From: Myxococcota bacterium
GTDB taxonomy: Bacteria; Myxococcota_A; Bradymonadia; UBA7976; UBA1532
DNA length: 61,933 bases
Direction of reading: 5' to 3'
Assembly: GCA_036337435.1 (NCBI GenBank)
Contig: JAYZEG010000049.1
Span: 1-61,933, forward strand
Shown here: positions 57,116 through 61,933 of the stretch, piece by piece
Position numbering within the stretch: the first letter of the stretch is position 1
Layout of the letters: every line of letters starts with the position of its first letter
Position numbers and translations under genes: made by a program
The notes under the pieces: model-generated
What the model saw: only the letters and a program-made list of their open reading frames with translations
What the model was told of the DNA's origin: nothing
The model's database searches: none

Positions 57116-59302
57116 CTAATCGCTATTGCCAGCCAAACCAGGGTCTTCTCGACTGGCTTTTACTGGCCGAACATCATCTGCCATCCATTGTCTAAGTTGC
57201 TTTTGCAGGCGGTCGAAGACGATGGGGTGTTGAGCCATTACGTCTCGGTCCTCATTCGGATCCTGCGAAAGGTCATAGAGTCTGTATTCGTTGAAGGTGA
57301 TGCTGTAGTGCAATTTCCACGGCCAGTCGATCATGACTCGACGCTCCGAATGGGTCGCATCCTTGAGCATTTCCACATAAACAGGAGCCTTGGGCGGTGC
57401 GATGTCTGACGTCCCATAACCAATGAGGGAGGCACCGCTCAGTTCGCTCGGCTTCGGGATCCCAGCGAGGTCTAAAATCGTCGGGACAATGTCAATCAAG
57501 GAAACCGGTGTATCGACTTGACGAGGCTTCAGGCCAGGGCCCGAAATCAACAATGGGACGTGGACTTGGTCATTGAAAAGTTGTTGGCCGTGATACTGAT
57601 AACCATGGGTTCCAAATCCCTCGCCATGGTCCGAATGTACGATGACGTATGTGCTCGATCCCATTTCGGATTGATTGAGTGCGTCTAAAAGCCGACCGAT
57701 TTGCTTGTCTGTATATTTAATTTCCCCATCGTAGCGATCAAAAGGCGTGTCGCCGAAGTTGAACTCGGCATGAGGGAGGTAGGCAAAATGGGGGTCAAAA
57801 TAATGGAGCCAGAGAAAGAAGGGACGCCCTTCGGAATCATAGTTTCGAAGCCATTTGATGGCTTTGTTTGAGACCAAATGCCCCGTTTTTCTATAGGCTA
57901 CCTTTGCCTGAAACTCATTCACAATGGACAAATCCCACTGTTCAAATCCTTGATTTAAACCATAATGGGGCAGGAAGAAACGGTGGGACGGAATCCCGGC
58001 GGTTACATAGCCGGCCTCCTTTAATCGTTCCGCCAGCATCACATTAGAGCCATGAAGCTTTGCCCACGTGTCCGGGGTTCGGTTAAGCTCGGAATAATAA
58101 AGGCCGGTAAACATACTCGGAACCGATAAGCGAGTTTGAGGACCTTGGGCAAAGGCCCAACGAAACCGAAGTCCGCCATTGGCAAGTTTGTCCAAAACTG
58201 GAGATGTTGGGCGTTCGTAACCCTGATAGCCCAAGTGGTCGGCTCTGACCGTATCCATTGTAATGAGTATGATGTTTGGCCGTTCAATGAGACCCCGGGT
58301 TGCAGCGGGTTCAAGCCGTTCGGGCAGGACGATGGCCGGGCGAGATTTCCCTGGACTGTCACCTCCATAGCAATCGTCATCGATTCCGTTCCGAGGAATT
58401 TCGTTGGCCCCCGGATGTATCTCGGGATCGCTGTCGTTGCAGTCTCCGCCTCCCAGTAGGCCTGCATAGCCGTCTCCATCTCGATCGAATAAGGGTTGAG
58501 CCGTCACGATAATGGGATTGAAGACAAGACTTTTGGTCAGCAAGGCTCGCTTGACGTCTGGCGTATCGTCCAGGTTGAATACCAGATCGACTGTGCCGGC
58601 AGCACCCACGATGGCACTGATAATGACCCAACGTCGAGTTGGCGCGTGGGTAGCACTCATCCCGGTCCATTGGTGCAACACTGTCGTTATGAGAATAGCC
58701 AGAAGGGGGTAGGCGATTAAAAAGGCTGCACTCCACTCTCCAAGGAATTCACTTAGGGCCGAGTCACTCATGATCAACACGGTTGGGATGGAGATGGCCC
58801 CGGCTAAGATGGCGAGGCTTAACCCAATTGATAAGCTTTGGCCAAATTTGTCTTCGAGCCTTGCCATTTGAACGCGAGCAATCGCCCAAGCATAAAGTGC
58901 GATGACGACCATTAGGGGGGTCAGCAGAGCCAAAACACCACCGACGTGTGTTCGGTCGCTGTCATTTTTAAGAAAGAGTCGGGTCAGTACGAAGAGTCCA
59001 ACAGTGACCGCGCTGGTGACCAGAAACGCAGACAATGCGTCTGTACGCCACCGAATTCGTGTTTCATTGCTCAATGTCACGCGCCTCGTACGACGCCAAA
59101 CTTCAACCAATGATGTCACCGTCGTGGCCATGAATAAGCCAAAGAGAATGAATGGACTAATCACGTAAAGTGCAGCAAGCATTCGGTCAAAACCATCCAC
59201 GCTTGCATCTGCGACGATCGCGAGGTACATCGCTTCGGCTGTTCCAAGGGTTACTGCAGCGAGGAACAGCCCATAAAATAGTGCGTTAGGTAATGCGGTC
59301 AC
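57116..59302 (-). CDS. Multi-TM sulfatase-like hydrolase/transferase with MopE-type metal-binding repeat
   Basis: About 7 TM helices; DRDGDGY...DCNDSDPEIHPGANEIPRNGIDDDC; NIILITMDTVRADH, HYFDPH, YDGEI, SDHGE, VPL. Confidence 0.85.
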   Translation of the reverse strand: MTALPNALFYGLFLAAVTLGTAEAMYLAIVADASVDGFDRMLAALYVISPFILFGLFMATTVTSLVEVWRRTRRVTLSNETRIRWRTDALSAFLVTSAVTVGLFVLTRLFLKNDSDRTHVGGVLALLTPLMVVIALYAWAIARVQMARLEDKFGQSLSIGLSLAILAGAISIPTVLIMSDSALSEFLGEWSAAFLIAYPLLAILITTVLHQWTGMSATHAPTRRWVIISAIVGAAGTVDLVFNLDDTPDVKRALLTKSLVFNPIIVTAQPLFDRDGDGYAGLLGGGDCNDSDPEIHPGANEIPRNGIDDDCYGGDSPGKSRPAIVLPERLEPAATRGLIERPNIILITMDTVRADHLGYQGYERPTSPVLDKLANGGLRFRWAFAQGPQTRLSVPSMFTGLYYSELNRTPDTWAKLHGSNVMLAERLKEAGYVTAGIPSHRFFLPHYGLNQGFEQWDLSIVNEFQAKVAYRKTGHLVSNKAIKWLRNYDSEGRPFFLWLHYFDPHFAYLPHAEFNFGDTPFDRYDGEIKYTDKQIGRLLDALNQSEMGSSTYVIVHSDHGEGFGTHGYQYHGQQLFNDQVHVPLLISGPGLKPRQVDTPVSLIDIVPTILDLAGIPKPSELSGASLIGYGTSDIAPPKAPVYVEMLKDATHSERRVMIDWPWKLHYSITFNEYRLYDLSQDPNEDRDVMAQHPIVFDRLQKQLRQWMADDVRPVKASREDPGLAGNSD

Positions 59303-59365
59303 AGGTTTATCTTATCGATGCCTTATGTATTATTTTTGGCCTGACACGATCTATACTGTTGCAGG

Positions 59366-61435
59366 ATGCAAAAAGGAACGCGCTTGGCGACTTTTTCTAA
59401 ATGGTGTTTGCGGTTCTCTGCATTTTTTGGATGTTTATACATCCTTTCGTTTGCATACGTCGCATTTTCTCGCCTTGGATTCCCACTCGAAGTTGAGTGG
59501 ATGGAGGGCGGCATGGTGAGTCATGCGGTGCAACTCGCCAATGGGCAGCCCATTTATGCGGCACCATCATCGCAATTCGTTCCATTCTTTTACACGCCTG
59601 GTTATCCGGCTGTTCTGGCGGGCGTAAGCTGGTTTGTCGGAGAGCCAAGCCTATTTTTGGGTCGGTTGATCTCAATCATGGCGACCTTTTGGACGATGGG
59701 CCTCTTGTTTTGGCTGGTTCGACGCGAATCGTCTGCTGTCTATGGTCTTTTAGCTGTTGGGGTTTACGCATCACTGTTTCGCACGAATGGTGCTTTCTAC
59801 GACGTAGCTCGGCCAGATTCTCTTTACATCGCTCTGGTGTTATCTGGTTGTGCACTGGTCTACGTGGCTCATTCATGGAAATGGATGATCGGCGCGGCAT
59901 TGGTCTTTGTCGCTGCGTTCCTAACCAAGCAGACGTCGAGTGTTTTTGTTCCACCATTGATCCTATACCTCCTCTGGCGAGATTGGCGCCAAGCTTTGCT
60001 TTTTGGGAGCGTGACCTTCGGAGTTTCAAGTTTGGCCGTTTGGTGGATTAATCAGGCGACCGACGGTTGGTTCTGGACCTATATTTTCGAGGGCCATCAG
60101 GGGCATCTCTTTTACTGGAAGAATATTCTGTTGGAATACTGGCGAGATGTTCTTTTTCTCGCTCCATTACTCCTGATTCTACCGTTGCTGTGGTTTGGTT
60201 ATCGAGTTCCGGTGATTGGACTAACGCTTTTGCTCGCAGCCCACTGGACTTATGCGTTTATCTTTCGGGCCCAGACGCTCGATTATGTGCCACACATGTA
60301 TTATCGAGAACTCTGGTACGAGTCGCCAAGATGGGCGATTCTGATTCCTCCGGCGGCTCTCGCCGTATGCTGTTTTGCCTATCGCATTAAAAACCGCGTC
60401 CTAACTGACATCAAAACACCGGGCTTTTTCTTGCTCATGTTTATCGCTGGCGCAGGAGCGAGTGCACTCAACCACAGTACTCAATGGGCTTATAGTAATT
60501 GCTTCATGCCCCTGACACTTTTCGCATCGTGTCTCATCCCTCTCGCTCTCAGGGATCTCTATGAGTCCGGAGAGAGTCGTAACGCCTCGTTCACCGTGCC
60601 AGTGCATCTCGCTGTCATCATTCAAATGATAGCCCTACTCTATAACCCCATCGCTCAGATTCCCGCCCCCCATGAGTACGAGGCAGCAAACCAGCTAAAA
60701 CACACACTCAGGGCAACCGAGGGGCCCGTATTTATTCCCGGGCATCCAATGCTTGCTTACAAATTGAATGGCGAAATGCATCTCCATCAAATGGGGATTA
60801 CCGACGTGAATTTCATGGGGGGCGTTAAGGATTTACGGACGCGCCTAGCGAGTGGATATTGGAACACCGTTCTCACCAGTGATCGAACACAAGTTCCAGG
60901 GCTCAGTTCCCATTATTATCTGGGTCGGAAACTGGACTACGCCTCATCGACGACGCTCCGGGCCAAAACAGGGTTCCTTGTACGCCCAGAGTCACTTTGG
61001 TTTCGGCACGATTACGAGCCGAGGGAACTGGTCGACGGACTGAGCGCGAACTTCGAAGATGAGCAGGGGATTGGTTGGCAAGCAGATAAGGCGTTTGGGC
61101 GCCCCTTTGTTGGGGCGCACAGGCAATCCGGAAAGCAAGGTAGGTATCTAGTGCAGTCCAGTCATAAAGGGACTGGGACGCTCCGTTCAGCGATTTTCGA
61201 GCTAAAAACCGCGGGTCTGAGTGCCCTACTGGGATCCAGCCGAGGGAGGGGGCGCTTGAACGTTGTTCATGACGGCAAAACCATCTTTTCGAGAGCGATC
61301 CCGCGGACCAGAGCGGGTCGCATGCAGCGCATTAACCTGGACCTTAGACAATGGACCGGTAAGCGTATCCATCTGGAGTTGGTCGATGATGATGCCAAGG
61401 GTCGTGTGTCCATGGATGATTTACGGGCCATTTAG
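59366..61435 (+). CDS. GT-C fold (ArnT/PMT-like) membrane glycosyltransferase with C-terminal soluble domain
   Basis: EWMEG, YTPGY, ARPDSL, LTKQ motifs; many TM helices; beta-sandwich-like C-terminus. Confidence 0.7.
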   Translation: MQKGTRLATFSKWCLRFSAFFGCLYILSFAYVAFSRLGFPLEVEWMEGGMVSHAVQLANGQPIYAAPSSQFVPFFYTPGYPAVLAGVSWFVGEPSLFLGRLISIMATFWTMGLLFWLVRRESSAVYGLLAVGVYASLFRTNGAFYDVARPDSLYIALVLSGCALVYVAHSWKWMIGAALVFVAAFLTKQTSSVFVPPLILYLLWRDWRQALLFGSVTFGVSSLAVWWINQATDGWFWTYIFEGHQGHLFYWKNILLEYWRDVLFLAPLLLILPLLWFGYRVPVIGLTLLLAAHWTYAFIFRAQTLDYVPHMYYRELWYESPRWAILIPPAALAVCCFAYRIKNRVLTDIKTPGFFLLMFIAGAGASALNHSTQWAYSNCFMPLTLFASCLIPLALRDLYESGESRNASFTVPVHLAVIIQMIALLYNPIAQIPAPHEYEAANQLKHTLRATEGPVFIPGHPMLAYKLNGEMHLHQMGITDVNFMGGVKDLRTRLASGYWNTVLTSDRTQVPGLSSHYYLGRKLDYASSTTLRAKTGFLVRPESLWFRHDYEPRELVDGLSANFEDEQGIGWQADKAFGRPFVGAHRQSGKQGRYLVQSSHKGTGTLRSAIFELKTAGLSALLGSSRGRGRLNVVHDGKTIFSRAIPRTRAGRMQRINLDLRQWTGKRIHLELVDDDAKGRVSMDDLRAI

Positions 61436-61561
61436 ACGGCCGCCTTACCAGGCTCGTCACGCTCTGCCAATGCAGTAAAGGCAGAATAGGAGGCAGAGAA
61501 AAGATGACATTACCGAGGCTCACGGTGAGCAGCGTTTGGCTGTCGTGTTGACCCCATAAAA

Positions 61562-61586
61562 AAAGGCCGGTCAGAGACCGGCCTTT
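61562..61586 (-). terminator. Intrinsic terminator
   Basis: AAAGGCCGGTC-AGA-GACCGGCCTTT hairpin with U-tract on the minus strand, just after the stop at 61608. Confidence 0.8.
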
Positions 61587-61607
61587 CGACTCGCTATGGT
61601 GCGATAT

Positions 61608-61931
61608 TTATTGCCCAGTGATGCCAGACAGTGTTGTTGCAGTGCCTTCGACAAGCAGGCATACGCTGACAGCGTTGCACTCGTCAGAACCACAGTCACC
61701 TTCAACACTGGTTTCTGTGACCAGTGAGTCTGCACCGCGTAAGATGGGCAGAATGATGGTCTGTACAGTCATGCGCGGGTCGCCGCCAAGAAACATGCCA
61801 GCCTGTGCGCAGAAGCTCGGTGCCTCTGGCGATTCACAAAGCTCAACGATGCTTGTGACGAGCGAGACCAATGAGTCGATGGTCAAGTAGCCGGTGATGA
61901 TGCCGTTCGACATATCAAAGCCAGTCTCAGC
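61608..61931 (-). CDS. 3' end of a hypothetical Cys-containing protein (truncated by window edge)
   Basis: Frame is open to the window end and followed by a terminator. Confidence 0.65.
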   Translation of the reverse strand, partial: AETGFDMSNGIITGYLTIDSLVSLVTSIVELCESPEAPSFCAQAGMFLGGDPRMTVQTIILPILRGADSLVTETSVEGDCGSDECNAVSVCLLVEGTATTLSGITGQ

Positions 61932-61933
61932 TG

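Noticed and set aside
1..61933. CRISPR array, IS elements, phage genes
   Set aside because: Intergenic gaps are short, with no regularly spaced direct repeats; no transposase, Cas or virion motifs were recognised by eye

Overview
Gene-dense bacterial core-genome segment of about 50 CDS. It is inferred to be Myxococcota/deltaproteobacterial from the gene order ftsH-folP-cdaA-cdaR-glmM-pdxJ-acpS-nnr, the PEGA kinases, the GYF/AgmX-type and Cys-rich lipoproteins, and a TIGR04552-like gene. Housekeeping blocks are hutH/hutI, ribA, tRNA-Gln(CTG)/tRNA-Glu(CTC), yicC-gmk-rel, lepA-lepB-pyrR-pyrB-pyrC'-carA, trmL-moaD/E and hpt/upp-like. No integrase, transposase, phage gene or CRISPR array was seen. 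The most notable observations are: (1) a stand-alone protein (50520-51599) whose four motif blocks align by eye with the synthetase motifs of the Rel in the same window, making it a candidate divergent alarmone synthetase; (2) a five-gene envelope cluster built on a pseudokinase-GYF-TM-AgmX/TonB_C-like fusion; (3) intact enzyme genes with lost catalytic residues (PdxJ, AcpS, NlpC/P60, Mrr, PyrC', kinase); (4) a perfect 20-bp palindrome that recurs (16/20) over the promoters of two small-protein genes; (5) repeated leaderless-type promoter architecture; (6) an ECF sigma factor with a C-terminal Cys/His extension. All family calls come from motif recognition by eye; no searches were run.
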